Source: Lentisphaeria bacterium (GTDB taxonomy: Bacteria > Verrucomicrobiota > Lentisphaeria > JABSQK01 > JAWLHB01). From it: a stretch of 64,000 nt of DNA. The notes under the pieces are model-generated. The model was not told the DNA's origin. It saw only the letters and a list, made by a program, of their open reading frames with translations, and ran no database searches. The stretch lies in assembly GCA_041690595.1 (NCBI GenBank), contig JAWLHB010000002.1, forward strand, positions 1-64,000. Reading direction: 5' to 3'. Shown here piece by piece: positions 37,705 through 49,400 of the stretch. The stretch's first letter is position 1. Every line of letters starts with the position of its first letter. The translations under genes and the position numbers were made by a program.

Positions 37705-39525
37705 TCAGTTACAAGCGACTTGGGCAACGGACAGAGGCGGCAGATGGATACTGTTGTTGTGGATCGTGAGCTCGGCTGACGTGCCTTCGGTGTCGTGCGG
37801 ATGATCGCCGGCACGGTAGTGGCCGCGGACGGCGGTGGCGCCCTTCAGCGTGATATCGACTGAGGCATTCATTGAACGGTTGATGAGAATCAGATGTGTG
37901 CCATCTTCCGTATCGAGGGCGCTGGCAACAATGCCTGGGTGATCGCCGATAGTTATCGGCGAATCGAGTTCAATGGCGCGGGGCTGGCCGGGCAGGACAT
38001 CGCGATAAAGGTTGAAGACATCGGCAACAAGACCCCGGCGCACTTGATCACGTTCAACCGCAAAGAGCCCCATGCCGGCCAACAGGTGATAGTAATTGCT
38101 GAACTGCGCGACTGGAGCAGTCGCGATAAGATGGCTCAGTACGGTGGCGACAAAGAGGCCGTGTTGGATGTCCTGCGGCTCATTGAAGCGAGGTTGGTAG
38201 TGAGCGCCTTGCGTCCAGAATCCCCATTCGCTCAGGCCGACGCCGATATCGAGTCCACGCGCCTGCACATCCTCGACGGCATCGGTGACCTTGCGGTTCA
38301 GCCAAGCCGCCTCGTCGAGCATTTTGACGTGCTTCTCTTCGCCGCTCAGATCGGTGCGGCAGATGCAGTATATCTGCATGGCGATGAGATCGGCGAGGTG
38401 ACCGACCCGATCGAGAACGACGGATCGCCACGGTGGGCGTACGGTGCTCCAAGGCGGGGTTGTCCCCTGCTCCTGGCCGAGTAGCATGATGATTGCGTTC
38501 GGGTAATGCTCGCGGATGCCGGGCACCATCGCCTCGACCTCTTCAACGAACATCTCGGCGGTCATGTACGAGCGTTCCCAACTGCCATAGTGTTCGTTGC
38601 CCAGTTGCCAAACGGTGACCGGTGGCTCCAGCCCTTGGTCGCGCCACCACTGGGCACAATAAGCAGCCCACTCAGCGGCCTCTCCAGGCACTTGACTCCC
38701 GATGTTGACTACGAAATGGGGGCGTATGGCGAGGTCACGACAGAGCGCCAGATATTCGTCAGTTCCGAAATCGTAGCGCATGACACCTTTGAACACCGGA
38801 TCCGGCAAGGCCGGCCGCAGGTGTTGCTCGCCGGTGCCATAGCGCCAGTGATAGGCAGTGGTGACACAGCCGCCGGGGAAACGCAGATCGGGGATCCGAA
38901 AGTCGGCTAACGCCTGCCGCACGTCTTTGCGAACCAGGCCGCCTTCGGCCGGTTGCAGCCACACCTGATCGATAAAGATCACGCCACGCTCGGCAACCCA
39001 GATGAAGAAGACGGCATCATCGTCATCGTGGGTCATATCCAGAGTCACACGATAGGGACGATAACTGGCAGCGGCAACCGTGATGTCGGCGCTGGCATAC
39101 GGCACGGTTCCCGGCCCGCTGCGCGCCACGCCGACCGTTATGCGAGTGGGTTTTCCCCACGTTCGTGCCCAGATGACAACCTCCAGAGTCTCGCCAGCCC
39201 GCACCCAGCGACCAGGCTGAAGAATGCCGGCGCCCTGTGCCTGGTTGTTGATGTTCTCGATGCGCTGGGCATCGTGCCCCATGACGCCATCGCCAGCGCA
39301 GAGCTGGCAAGCAAACCCAACGTAATTGTTGGTTGAGGTCGCCCATTCAGGCGCGATACCGGTTGCGGGCTGAGGCGGGCCGAGGAAGCGATGATTGTCC
39401 AGGCGATTGCTCATCAGCTCACCCACTGTAAACTGGTATACCTCCAGATTATGGCCGACAAGCGTGGCGGGCGCAGTGTGACCCAAGGGGGCTCCGATCG
39501 TGAGTGTCGCGGACAACGCTGTCAT
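37705..39525 (-). CDS. GH51 alpha-L-arabinofuranosidase-like glycoside hydrolase
   Basis: LRFPGGC, YHWR, FGTDEY, WQLGNE (acid/base) and LSEWG (nucleophile). Confidence 0.85.
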   Translation of the reverse strand: MTALSATLTIGAPLGHTAPATLVGHNLEVYQFTVGELMSNRLDNHRFLGPPQPATGIAPEWATSTNNYVGFACQLCAGDGVMGHDAQRIENINNQAQGAGILQPGRWVRAGETLEVVIWARTWGKPTRITVGVARSGPGTVPYASADITVAAASYRPYRVTLDMTHDDDDAVFFIWVAERGVIFIDQVWLQPAEGGLVRKDVRQALADFRIPDLRFPGGCVTTAYHWRYGTGEQHLRPALPDPVFKGVMRYDFGTDEYLALCRDLAIRPHFVVNIGSQVPGEAAEWAAYCAQWWRDQGLEPPVTVWQLGNEHYGSWERSYMTAEMFVEEVEAMVPGIREHYPNAIIMLLGQEQGTTPPWSTVRPPWRSVVLDRVGHLADLIAMQIYCICRTDLSGEEKHVKMLDEAAWLNRKVTDAVEDVQARGLDIGVGLSEWGFWTQGAHYQPRFNEPQDIQHGLFVATVLSHLIATAPVAQFSNYYHLLAGMGLFAVERDQVRRGLVADVFNLYRDVLPGQPRAIELDSPITIGDHPGIVASALDTEDGTHLILINRSMNASVDITLKGATAVRGHYRAGDHPHDTEGTSAELTIHNNSIHLPPLSVAQVACN

Positions 39526-39614
39526 CAAGAGCTCCAGATAGCAGGAAGGTTTGAGTGGCACAGCGGGATTCCTGGAAGGCGGCTCCACCCTGCAAGGTCA
39601 CCCCATGCCCAATA

Positions 39615-40349
39615 TCAGTACCTGTTACTCTTCTTGGAAATACTGTACCAGGATTGGCCCGGATCGTTGAAGGCACCGAACTCATAGGGGAAGCTGCGCA
39701 CTTCGCCGGTCACCATCAAGGCATTGGAGCGAGTTCCATGGTACATCGGTGGTCGGCCGTAGGTAATCAGCGTCCAGCGCCAACCGAACGTCATTGGTGC
39801 GCCGCCAGAGGGACCATCGATGATCAGGAACTTGTCTTCGCGGAAAGCTTCGCGGCCTTGTTTGTAGACCTCATGCACGGGGCCGGCCCGGTTGATTTGA
39901 GTGGTGCCATTGGCCAGGATGATGGGGAACTCAAAAAAAGGCATGGCGTAGGTCCAGCCTGCGTCGGTGTTGACGGCTCCGGGGCACTTGAAGGTGTCTG
40001 GCGAGCCGTTGTACTCGTAGAGCGACTGCAACCAGTTCTGCCAGGGATAGCCCACACTGGGAATCATGGGCCGTTTGATCTGCCAGGCCATTTCAGCGGG
40101 AGGTGTGGCTCCAGATGGTCCGGTCATGTCGCCCATCACGGGGTAGTGGCCATCATTGTCATCGCCGTACATGACCATACTGAGCAAGAGCTGCTTGAGA
40201 TTATTCATGCACACGGTTTCATGAGCCTTGATGCGGGCTTTGCTCAAGGCGGGCAGCAGCATCGACGCCAGAATGGCGATTATCGCCACGACGACCAACA
40301 ACTCTATCAGCGTGAAGGACAAGCGATGTATGGGGGTTCGGGAATGCAC
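39615..40349 (-). CDS. Prepilin-type N-terminal domain protein (DUF1559-like)
   Basis: AGGAG RBS plus [42 protein letters not shown]; variant tail [14 protein letters not shown]. Confidence 0.88.
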   Translation of the reverse strand: MHSRTPIHRLSFTLIELLVVVAIIAILASMLLPALSKARIKAHETVCMNNLKQLLLSMVMYGDDNDGHYPVMGDMTGPSGATPPAEMAWQIKRPMIPSVGYPWQNWLQSLYEYNGSPDTFKCPGAVNTDAGWTYAMPFFEFPIILANGTTQINRAGPVHEVYKQGREAFREDKFLIIDGPSGGAPMTFGWRWTLITYGRPPMYHGTRSNALMVTGEVRSFPYEFGAFNDPGQSWYSISKKSNRY

Positions 40350-40378
40350 GGTGAGAGTCTCCTTCTGGCTTGTTTTTT

Positions 40379-41458
40379 TCAGGTTGACTGACGTTGGATC
40401 AGATTGGGGGTTGCGAGGTAACTGCGGCGATGCGGCACGCGCTCGTGAATACCGGATCGGCTCTCCTGGATCAGGATAGCGCAAAGCTCGGCCATGGATT
40501 CGTAGCCGCGGTCGATCGATGTCAACTCGTAGGCCTCCGACCATGGCGTTTCGCCTCCGGACACGAGCGCAAGATCGTCGGGCATGGAGAGCCCGATCTT
40601 ACCTGCCAGGCGGGCAATCTGAGCGGAGCGATGTGAGGTGGAACAGACCAGAGCCGGTGCGCGGTCCGCCGATGCCAGATAATCTTCCAAGTGGTCATCG
40701 GCGGTGTCGCCAGCTCTGATGTCCACCAGTTGTACCAATGGCAAGCGAGCCTTGCGAAGCTCACGATTGAGGCCCGATGCCAGCTGCCTGGCTTCAAAAT
40801 CCGGCAGATACTTGCCCTCGAAGTCCCTGAAAATCCCAGCCAGGTCGATACGCTCATGACCACGCTCGATCAGATGCCGGGCCGCGAGTGAGCCGACGGC
40901 GAGAAGATCCGGAGCCACCTGATCCAACGGCCGGCAACCCGGCTCGGGATCCAGCGAGATCACCCGGGTCCGCGGCGATTCTGCCAGGATATGCTCCGCC
41001 AGGACCGTGCTGTGCACGATCACCGTCGGCGGCAGATCTTCCATCAAATGGTGAAAAGCAGGTAATGCAAGCACCGCTTCAAGTTCCAGCCCCGCCGTGT
41101 TCACGGACCGCGTCGCCACGTTTAGCTGGCGCAACTGGCGCAGGAGCCGGTCCGTGAAATCCGCCCAGATATGGCCGTCGCAACGCATGATCAGGCCGAT
41201 CGTTTGCTCGCCTGTGGGCACGGAGCGTTCCTGCACGAAGGTTCCAGCCCCGGCCCGGCGCAACAAGTAGCCCTGTTTGACGAGCTCCGTCAGCGCGTGA
41301 TGCGCAGTCGGCGTGGCCACACCATAATGCTCGGCCAGCTTCGCCGTCGCCAGCAGCTTGTCACCAGCCTTTAACTGTCCACCATGGATCTGGCTCAGCA
41401 GGTCGTCGAGCATGTATTGAGACGCTGGTGGCTTGTCGACTACCGATTGCGAATGCAC
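40379..41458 (-). CDS. GntR-HTH / LacI-type sugar-binding transcriptional regulator (start uncertain, 41458 or 41413)
   Basis: GDKL...[68 protein letters not shown]. Confidence 0.88.
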   Translation of the reverse strand: MHSQSVVDKPPASQYMLDDLLSQIHGGQLKAGDKLLATAKLAEHYGVATPTAHHALTELVKQGYLLRRAGAGTFVQERSVPTGEQTIGLIMRCDGHIWADFTDRLLRQLRQLNVATRSVNTAGLELEAVLALPAFHHLMEDLPPTVIVHSTVLAEHILAESPRTRVISLDPEPGCRPLDQVAPDLLAVGSLAARHLIERGHERIDLAGIFRDFEGKYLPDFEARQLASGLNRELRKARLPLVQLVDIRAGDTADDHLEDYLASADRAPALVCSTSHRSAQIARLAGKIGLSMPDDLALVSGGETPWSEAYELTSIDRGYESMAELCAILIQESRSGIHERVPHRRSYLATPNLIQRQST

Positions 41459-41488
41459 AATAGAATAACTCCGAATGATTTTGTAAGA

Positions 41489-41517
41489 AGTATAGAAGAT
41501 CTGCTGATGAAATGCAA
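41489..41517 (-). promoter_or_regulatory. sigma70-type promoter for the regulator-pilin-GH51 operon
   Basis: Minus strand TTGCAT-N17-TATACT. Confidence 0.7.
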
Positions 41518-41685
41518 GACAGTCTTTTGTCCGAAGAGAGTCCCGACGCCAACACGGGCAGCCAACAGCCTCCACAAGCAGGATGGAAGGGGGTCGACCT
41601 TCGGGTGGCCAGGGAAGAGCCAGAGCACAGCAGTGTGGCAGCACCGAAAAACTGGATCAGGCCTGCCACGGCCCGAGGTTCGGCA

Positions 41686-42684
41686 TCATCTCTGTTCGGC
41701 CAGCTTCGGGCCCTCGCGCACCGGTTGATTGACAAAACGTGTGTAGATCCGGGCGGCGGAGATGTCGTCGATCGCCGCCACGACCTCTTCAGGGAGGCGC
41801 TGGTCGGCGACCTTATAGAGCTCCTGGAAGTGCTCAGGCCTGGAGCCACCCACAATCACGGCACTAACCTCGGGCTTGGCCAGAAGCCAGAGAGTGGCGA
41901 GTTGATTGGGCTTCAGCTTCCGGTCGGACGCGTGCTCTTCGAGCTGCCGCACGATCTCCGTCACACGGTCATCCTCGATGTAAGCCTGCATCTTTGAGTT
42001 TCCGTCACCGCGGGAACCTTTGGGGGCGCCGTTGCCGCGATGATACTTGCCGGTGAGGATGCCTCCGCAGAGCGGGCCATAGCACATGAGCGCGATGTTG
42101 AAGCGCCGACAGAAAGGAAGGGTTTCGGCCTCGATCTGGCGGTCGAGGACGTTGTAGTTGGCCTGAATCGAGATCAGGGGCTCGCACCGCATGGCCTTGC
42201 TTTCGCCGATCATCCATGCCATCTGCCACGCGTAATGATTGCTGACGCCGATGTAGCGCACCTTGCCCTCGCGCACCAGGCCGTCGAGGGTGATCAGCGT
42301 CTCCTCGACCGGCGTCATCGCGTCGGGATGATGCAACTGGTAGAGATCGACGTAGTCGGTCTTCAAGAGGCGAAGACTCCGCTCGATGGAGTCGCGGATA
42401 TTGACGCGGCTGTTTCGGCCGACGCGTCCATCGCGGCATTCCCGGGTATAGACTTTGGTGGCCAGGAAGACGCGCTCCCGCTTTTCTGCCGAGAGTATCT
42501 TTCCGAGCAGCTCTTCGCTGGCGCCGTAGCTGTCGGCCGTGTCGATGAAGTTGACACCGGCGTCGAGAGCTTCGTCCACCACGCGGCGACTGCCGTCGAG
42601 GTCGAGTTTCTTGCCGAAGGTCATGGCGCCAAGGCAATAGCGGGAGACTTCCATTCCCGTGCCGCCGAATTGGTTATACTGCAT
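41686..42684 (-). CDS. Aldo/keto reductase
   Basis: LGAMTFG, IDTADSYG, LATK, DYVDLYQLH, GKVRYIGVSN. Confidence 0.95.
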   Translation of the reverse strand: MQYNQFGGTGMEVSRYCLGAMTFGKKLDLDGSRRVVDEALDAGVNFIDTADSYGASEELLGKILSAEKRERVFLATKVYTRECRDGRVGRNSRVNIRDSIERSLRLLKTDYVDLYQLHHPDAMTPVEETLITLDGLVREGKVRYIGVSNHYAWQMAWMIGESKAMRCEPLISIQANYNVLDRQIEAETLPFCRRFNIALMCYGPLCGGILTGKYHRGNGAPKGSRGDGNSKMQAYIEDDRVTEIVRQLEEHASDRKLKPNQLATLWLLAKPEVSAVIVGGSRPEHFQELYKVADQRLPEEVVAAIDDISAARIYTRFVNQPVREGPKLAEQR

Positions 42685-42700
42685 GATCGATTCTCCGTGT

Positions 42701-43573
42701 TCAGGGTGGATCCAGCTTGTTGCGCAGACCGGAGGACTGGCCGCCGCGTTCGCTGTGGGGTTGCACCTTTTCGTCGAGATCGAGCCCGGCGAGGCGCGGG
42801 TGTTCGCGGGTGAAGTCGTCTTGCGGTTTGTAGCCCAGCAAGTCCCTTGCCGTCTGAATCTCCATGCAATTGAAGAGATTGTCGCTGAGGCCATGAACAA
42901 TGGCGAAGAGGAGCTCCTCGTCATCGATGCTGCATTGCAGAAGCTGGACCATGTCGCGGTGTGAGATGAAGGCGTTGAGCATGGGCAGGCTCTCCTCGTT
43001 GCGCGCTGCCTCGATCGGCTGAAAGGCGCCGATGCGGATGGCGATCACGGAGACGCCGTGCTGCGTGGCGATGTAGCGGCCCATCGCTTCGCCGAAGCAC
43101 TTGGTCACGCCGTAAAGGTCGCCGGGATTGACGGGATCGGCGGCATGCACCTGGTACCCTTCCTCGTAGCCGGAGACCGCATGGATCGAAGAGGCATAGA
43201 TGACCCGGCGGCAACCGGCCGCGACGGCGGCGGTCATCGTATTGAAGGTGCCCGTGATGTTGTTGGTCAACATCGATTCCCACTCGGCTTCCGGAGATGG
43301 GTCAGCCGCCATGTGGACAATGGTATCCTGGCCGTCGAACAACTCCTTGAGCCGATCCAGATCATCGAGGGTCGCCCGCACGACGGTGCCACAGGCTTCG
43401 ATCTCGCTGGTGTCATCGTCGTGATGGGCCATGAGCGTCAAGTCGTAGCGCTCCTGAGAGGCGGCGGCAAAAGCGCCGCCAATGCGGCCGGCGGCCCCGG
43501 TAATCAGCACGCGGCGAGGCTGCGGCTCGGGGTGGCGCCGCGATTGCTGATAGAAAATATGGGATGTAGTCAT
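42701..43573 (-). CDS. NAD-dependent epimerase/dehydratase (uronate dehydrogenase-like SDR)
   Basis: LITGAAGRIG, NITGTFN, YASSIHA, YGVTK, IRIG. Confidence 0.88.
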   Translation of the reverse strand: MTTSHIFYQQSRRHPEPQPRRVLITGAAGRIGGAFAAASQERYDLTLMAHHDDDTSEIEACGTVVRATLDDLDRLKELFDGQDTIVHMAADPSPEAEWESMLTNNITGTFNTMTAAVAAGCRRVIYASSIHAVSGYEEGYQVHAADPVNPGDLYGVTKCFGEAMGRYIATQHGVSVIAIRIGAFQPIEAARNEESLPMLNAFISHRDMVQLLQCSIDDEELLFAIVHGLSDNLFNCMEIQTARDLLGYKPQDDFTREHPRLAGLDLDEKVQPHSERGGQSSGLRNKLDPP

Positions 43574-43727
43574 CGTGCACCGTTGGGTCATCGTTGGGGT
43601 GGAGGTGAGCTGCCGGATAATTTTACAATAGCCGAATTGGAGGCGGCAATGACAGATCGACGACACACATCGCGAATTTGCAGTTGCACATGGAGCAAAG
43701 GCGACTTACTTTGAGTGGCTTATCGAC

Positions 43728-46481
43728 ATGCGAAGAACTCCAGCCGTCGCAGCCTTCATGCATACTATAAATGGCGAAGTCAGTCCGATCTCCACGGCCG
43801 CAAAGTGGGGGTGGATTCCCTTCCCCCTGCTCATCACCGCCATTGGCGTGGCCAATATCGCCAGCAAGGACGGCACGGTTTTCGAACCTCCGTTGCTGCT
43901 GCCGATTCTGAATTTCGTTTTTCTGACGGCAATTTCGCTCTTCATTGCGTATGTGGCCGCTCATAGCTATGTCCGTAGCGGGCAGCGCCTCATCCTGCTG
44001 CTCGGATGCGGTATGCTGATGCTCAGCCTGATCAGTCTTTTTGCCTCACTTGCCATCTACGCGGGTGCGCACAACCTGGCGCTGACCAGCTACAACAGTG
44101 GTCTGCTGCTCTTCGCGATCTGCAATGGGCTGGCAGCGATCATGGCGATGGCCGGTGTGGTCGACAACGGCTCGCATCGGGGCTTCACGGTACTGCTGAC
44201 CTATGCGGCGGTCGTCACGGTAGTGGGGCTGCTGCTGCTGGCTTCTTTCGAGGGCATGTTGCCCGTCTATTTCACGGAAGGAAGCGGTGGAACAACCTTC
44301 CGGCAGGCCATCCTGGGGTTGACGGTGGGGATTCTCTCATGCGCTTGCGCCGTACTCTTCTCCGCGGCAATGCGCCGCAAGTGGGAGTTCGGGTATTGGT
44401 ACGGCTATGCGCTCGGCCTGATCGCTCTTGGCGTCATCGCCATCATGATGAGCGATCGACTCGGCAATCCCGTTGGCTGGGTCGGCCGCTTCAGCCAATA
44501 CCTCGGCAGTGTCTACCTGCTCGTCGCGGTCCTCATCTCGGCACGGCAGAGCGGCATCTGGATGTCGCCGGTTCAGCTTGCGCTGGAGCACAGCGAGGCG
44601 CGGTTTGAACTGCTGGCGCAAGCCACCTCGGAAGGAATCCTCATCAGCCAGAAGGGGGTCATCGTCGACTGCAACAATCAGGCGGCTAAGATGCTGGGTT
44701 GGGGAATCGACTCGCTGACCGGCAGACATCTGGACGAAGTTCTGCCCACCCTCTGGACAAACTCCAACGGCAAGCCCGAGGTCCAGGTGAAACTCAGCGA
44801 TGGACGGACCACCGTTCTCGAAGTGAGCGCCCGTGCCCTGCGGGAAGGGAAGAACGACCTCCATGTCTGTATCCTGCGCGACATCACGGAACGGATTGCC
44901 GCTGAAGAGGCGCTGCGCAACAGCGAGGTCCAGTTGCGCCTCATCGTCAACCATTCCCGCGATGGCATTCACCGATTCGACCTGCGAAAGCGGAAGTACA
45001 CCTTCCTGAGCCCGGCGCTGGAAGATCTCACTGGCTTTGGTGTCGTGGAACTGATGATGATGAGCGACGACGACTTCTTTTCCCGTGTTCACCCAGATGA
45101 TCGGGAGAACTATCGCGAGTATCTGACAGAGGTTACGGCCAGCGACGAGAAACGCCCACCGGTGACGTACCGCTGGCGGATCAAGTCCGGCGAGTATCGG
45201 TGGATCAGCGATACCCGCCGCGCCATCCGCGACGACGAGGGGCATGCTACGGCGCTGATCGGGGTGAGCCGGGATATTACCAGCCATGTGGAGGCGGAGG
45301 AAGAGCTTCGCCGATCGCGGCATGAACTGGAGCAGCGGGTGCACGAGCGGACGGTCGAGCTGCGGGAACGCGCCGACCAACTCGCCCGCCTGGCAGGAGA
45401 GTTGGCGCTGGTGGAGCAGCGCGAACGCCATCGACTGGCGCAGGTCCTGCACGATCATCTCCAGCAGTTGCTCGTCGCTGCCCGCATGCGCCTGGTGCTG
45501 CTGCGCCGGAACCTGGCGGAGAATCAGCATGGCGCGCTTGCCGACGTGGCGGAACTGATCAGTGAATCCATCGATGCCTCCAGATCGCTGACCGTGGAAC
45601 TCTCACCGCCGATTCTGCATCAGGGCGGACTGCAGGCCGGCATCGAATGGTTGAAGCGATGGATGCAGGACAAGCACGGGTTCAATGTCGACATCGAGGT
45701 CCGGCAAGGCTTGCCGGACGAGCCGGAAGAGATCCGCGTCCTCATTTTCCAGGCTGTCCGTGAACTGCTGCTCAATGCCACCAAGCATTCGGGCGAAACG
45801 GAGGCGAAGGTGATCCTCGACGGCCGTCCCGACCTGCTGATGATCACGGTCAGCGACGAGGGGGTCGGCTTCGAGCCGACCAGTAATCCCCGGCGCGATC
45901 CCGAGCAACGCTCAGGCTTCGGCCTCTTCAGCATCCGGGAACGCCTTGTCATGATCGGCGGCAACATCGAGATTGACTCCAGTCCCGGCAACGGCTCCCG
46001 CTTCATTCTGCGCGTCCCCCGCAAGCCGGCGGAACGGGCGAGCGGGCAGGAGTTGGAGCCTTCCGATGCGCAACTCATTCAGCAGAACGACAACCGGCAG
46101 CCCCGGCAGGCGCTGCGGGTGCTGCTGGTGGACGATCATGTGATGATGCGGCAGGGGCTCGCCTCGCTGCTCGGGGAAGAGGAGGATGTCATCGTCGTTG
46201 GAGAGGGGACCAACGGCCGTGAAGCCGTCGAGCTGGCGCGTCGCCTCCAACCGGATCTGATTCTGATGGATATTTCCATGCCGGAAATGGACGGCATCGA
46301 GGCGACCCGCCAGATATGCGCGGAGCTTGGGGATGTACCGATCATCGGGCTGTCGATGTTCGACGAGGAAGATCGGGCCGCCGCCATGATCGCGGCGGGC
46401 GCGCGAGCCTACCTCACTAAGAGCGGCGATCTGGACAGACTGCTTCTGGAGATCCGCAACCTCGCCGCCGCCACCGTCTGA
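43728..46481 (+). CDS. Hybrid sensor kinase: multi-TM, 2 PAS, HisKA_3, HATPase, C-terminal REC (start uncertain)
   Basis: ERHRLAQVLHDHLQQ, ELLLNATKH, DEGVGF, GFGL, LLVDDH and LMDISMPEMDG. Confidence 0.92.
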   Translation: MRRTPAVAAFMHTINGEVSPISTAAKWGWIPFPLLITAIGVANIASKDGTVFEPPLLLPILNFVFLTAISLFIAYVAAHSYVRSGQRLILLLGCGMLMLSLISLFASLAIYAGAHNLALTSYNSGLLLFAICNGLAAIMAMAGVVDNGSHRGFTVLLTYAAVVTVVGLLLLASFEGMLPVYFTEGSGGTTFRQAILGLTVGILSCACAVLFSAAMRRKWEFGYWYGYALGLIALGVIAIMMSDRLGNPVGWVGRFSQYLGSVYLLVAVLISARQSGIWMSPVQLALEHSEARFELLAQATSEGILISQKGVIVDCNNQAAKMLGWGIDSLTGRHLDEVLPTLWTNSNGKPEVQVKLSDGRTTVLEVSARALREGKNDLHVCILRDITERIAAEEALRNSEVQLRLIVNHSRDGIHRFDLRKRKYTFLSPALEDLTGFGVVELMMMSDDDFFSRVHPDDRENYREYLTEVTASDEKRPPVTYRWRIKSGEYRWISDTRRAIRDDEGHATALIGVSRDITSHVEAEEELRRSRHELEQRVHERTVELRERADQLARLAGELALVEQRERHRLAQVLHDHLQQLLVAARMRLVLLRRNLAENQHGALADVAELISESIDASRSLTVELSPPILHQGGLQAGIEWLKRWMQDKHGFNVDIEVRQGLPDEPEEIRVLIFQAVRELLLNATKHSGETEAKVILDGRPDLLMITVSDEGVGFEPTSNPRRDPEQRSGFGLFSIRERLVMIGGNIEIDSSPGNGSRFILRVPRKPAERASGQELEPSDAQLIQQNDNRQPRQALRVLLVDDHVMMRQGLASLLGEEEDVIVVGEGTNGREAVELARRLQPDLILMDISMPEMDGIEATRQICAELGDVPIIGLSMFDEEDRAAAMIAAGARAYLTKSGDLDRLLLEIRNLAAATV

Positions 46482-46493
46482 GACCTCCTGGCG

Positions 46494-49400
46494 CTATTGC
46501 GGAAGGATCTCGATGAGTCGCGTCTCGAAGGCCGGGATCTCCACCACCAGCTTGGCATCGACGATGCGATACCTGCTCATGGTCTCGTAGTCCCTGGCGC
46601 TGTAGCCCGCGGCCTTCATCCCGAGCATGTCGGCATGGATGGCGAGTTCCATCTTCACGGCTTCACGCCGGTAGTTGGTGAGGCCGATCAAGGCACGTTC
46701 GCCGGGACGGTACCAGGCAATGGGCAGGAGTGCATCGCTGCCGCCGGTGACGGCCGCGGGGCCATCATCCCAGTACCGCCAGACTTTCGCGCCGGGCCGC
46801 TCCAGCAACTCGACGACCGGGCGCAGCAGCGCATAGCCGGCGCGACCCTCGCCCCAATAGACGTCGTGCACGAGAAGGGCGCCGGTATAGGAGCGGGGTA
46901 TCAGCCAGGAATCGGCAGTGCCTTCGTCGCCCTTAGCGACGGGCCAGGCGCCGGCGAGTTCGCCATTGGTCACCATCAGGTGGTAGGCGGGGGTGAAGCG
47001 CTCCTGCATCATGCCCTGGCCGAATTTCCAATCGAGGTCCGTGGTGATCGTGGCGAAGGCATGGATGGGCAAGATGTTGTTGGAGGAGACGCGAGCCATG
47101 GTGATGGGGGGCATGCCGCGCTCCGCCATGAACTGAAAGGTGCGCTTTGCCAATTCGCGCAGGCCCCAGATTCCCGTGGAGGGGCGAATCGAGCCATCCG
47201 GCAGGGTATAGGCCATGGACTGGCGCGTGTTGGTCGTGGCGGCGAGGAAGAGGTTGTCCCAGAAGACGCCTTGACCGCGCCCCACCGCGAAGGCGCGGTC
47301 ATACCAGTGCAGGTGGTAGTCGAGGAAACTCTCGTTCGGCACGATCTTCAGGTCGTGGTTCACCTCCGTGCCCTGCGCCTGCCAGTCCGTTCGCCAGTCG
47401 CTCATGCCCCACTCGTCCTGATAGGTGAGAAACTCCTCTTCGAGGAGGTGGCAGGCGCGGTTGTAGTAGTAGATCATGCGCTCGTCGTGACGGACGCCCG
47501 AGAGACTGCGCCGTACGGTCTCCTCCCAGAGCTGAAACGGCGACTGCCCCTGCCAGCTCAACTCGGTGAAGGGGGCGAAGAGCGGCGCATAATGGGCGAC
47601 CACCGCATCGATATCCGCTGGCGCGAGTGCTCCTTCGAGATTCGACTGGGCCAGGCGCTGCCAGACCAGGAGATCCCGATTCGGCGGATAAACTCCGGCC
47701 AAAGGGGTGAAGCCGCCCCAGCAGGTCGCGCTTGACATGGCGCGATAGCCCTGCCGCTGGTACATGTAGCGCCACGCCTGCGCGTCGAGGCGAGGCTTGA
47801 CCGGCGCCGCCTGCAAGCCGAAGGTGATCACCCGCGGTTGTTGGATCAGGATCGGCTGGTTGACCAGGTTGACCTGCAGCACGCTCTCCTTCTCGTCGCG
47901 CAGCAGGACCACATTCGGCGTGACCGGATTCCAACTCCAGCCGCGGTCGTTGGCCGCAAACCAACAGAGACCGCGCGCCGGCGTCCCCAGATAGACGTAG
48001 CTGCAGAAGTTCGGCGGCAGATCGCGGACGGGTATTTCCTGCGACGACCAGACGCTTCCCTGGCGCCCGGGCACCAGCATGGTCACCGCATTGCGGGAGC
48101 CATCGCCGATGGCGTGCAGATGGGTTGCCGCCTCGTTGAGCAACGGGATCTCCAGTTGCAGCATCTCCAGCGGCGCGGCGGTGGCGGTCAGGGTCAAGTC
48201 GACCCGCATCATACCGTCGTACTCCCAGGTGATCTCGGCGGTGGCGGCAAAGCCTTCGGCGGTGAAGCTGCACCTGGCCCTGGCCATGTGGCTGTCCGTC
48301 TGGATGAACTGGAGGCGTTCGGCCTTCAGCTCGCTCTCGCGTCCATTCATGCGAATGACGTAGCGCATGGGGCGCGCCAGCAGCGGCTTCTCGATGCGGG
48401 TGTTCTGGGCCGCCACGATCGCCTGGTTCCAGAGGCCAAAATCATTCATGTCGTGCTGTCGGAGGACCGTCCGGACACTCTTGCCGTCGACGACGATGGG
48501 GGTGAAGGGGGGAAAGACGCGATCGGTCACGCCGTACTTCTTACCTTCCCACGGGAAGCGGCGACGGATGAAGGGTTTGATGCGCGGTTCACCCGGGACA
48601 TTCGTCCCCGTGGCGATCAGGGCGATCTCGTACTCCCCGTCCAGCGGCGGCAGGTCGACCCCCTTTTCCTGGCTGCCGCCCACGATGCGGTCGAAGACAA
48701 TTTCGGCGATAGCCTCCTGCGACCCGCGCTTGCGAATCTCGGCCCGCAAGGCGGTCAGCCTGGCTTCCGCGGGCAGGTGGCGGACGGAGGCGCGCACGCG
48801 GAGGCGATTGGCGCCGGGATAGTAAGCGAAGTCGAAATCGATGGGATGGGCCGGATCGACGTGTGTTTTCCAGATGAAGGGCCCGGTGTGCAGCCAGGTG
48901 GTGCGATGGCGGAAGAAGGTGGTCTGCTTATCGATGCTGGTGACGGCGGCCTGAAGGGTCCACTGCCGCGAGGTGGGATCCTCTTCGCGCAGGTCCAGAG
49001 AGCGGCTCTCGTCTGGCGGAATGTGCAGGACGCTCTCGCGTACCAGGTCGGGCATGCCCTCGCGCTCGACGCGGAGTGCAGCCAGAACGTGTATTTCCTT
49101 GTCGAGCGTATTGAGGACCTGGAGTTCGCGATGCAGTTTGCCGGCGTGGGAAGCGCCTCGTTCCAGCAGGGAGACAACGGGTATGGGGGTACCGACGAAG
49201 CGCAGGCGGCTTTCGCCCATGGCCGCCTGCTGGCGGGGCCGCTGCCAGTTGCGCCGAATGTCGATCAACCAAGTGCCGTCGCCGCTCATGCGGCGGGGGG
49301 AGATGGTGGCCACGGGAATGGCAATCTCGCAGTTCCACCAACCATCTTCAAAGCTGCTGGCGGTCTGCCACCTGGCCTCGTAACTCTCCTCGCGGTCCGT

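Noticed and set aside
41520..41685. Cobalamin riboswitch-like words (GGGAAG, GAGCCAG, CCTGCC)
   Set aside because: Core elements are missing or out of order, the strand is wrong for the flanking genes, and no B12-related gene is present.
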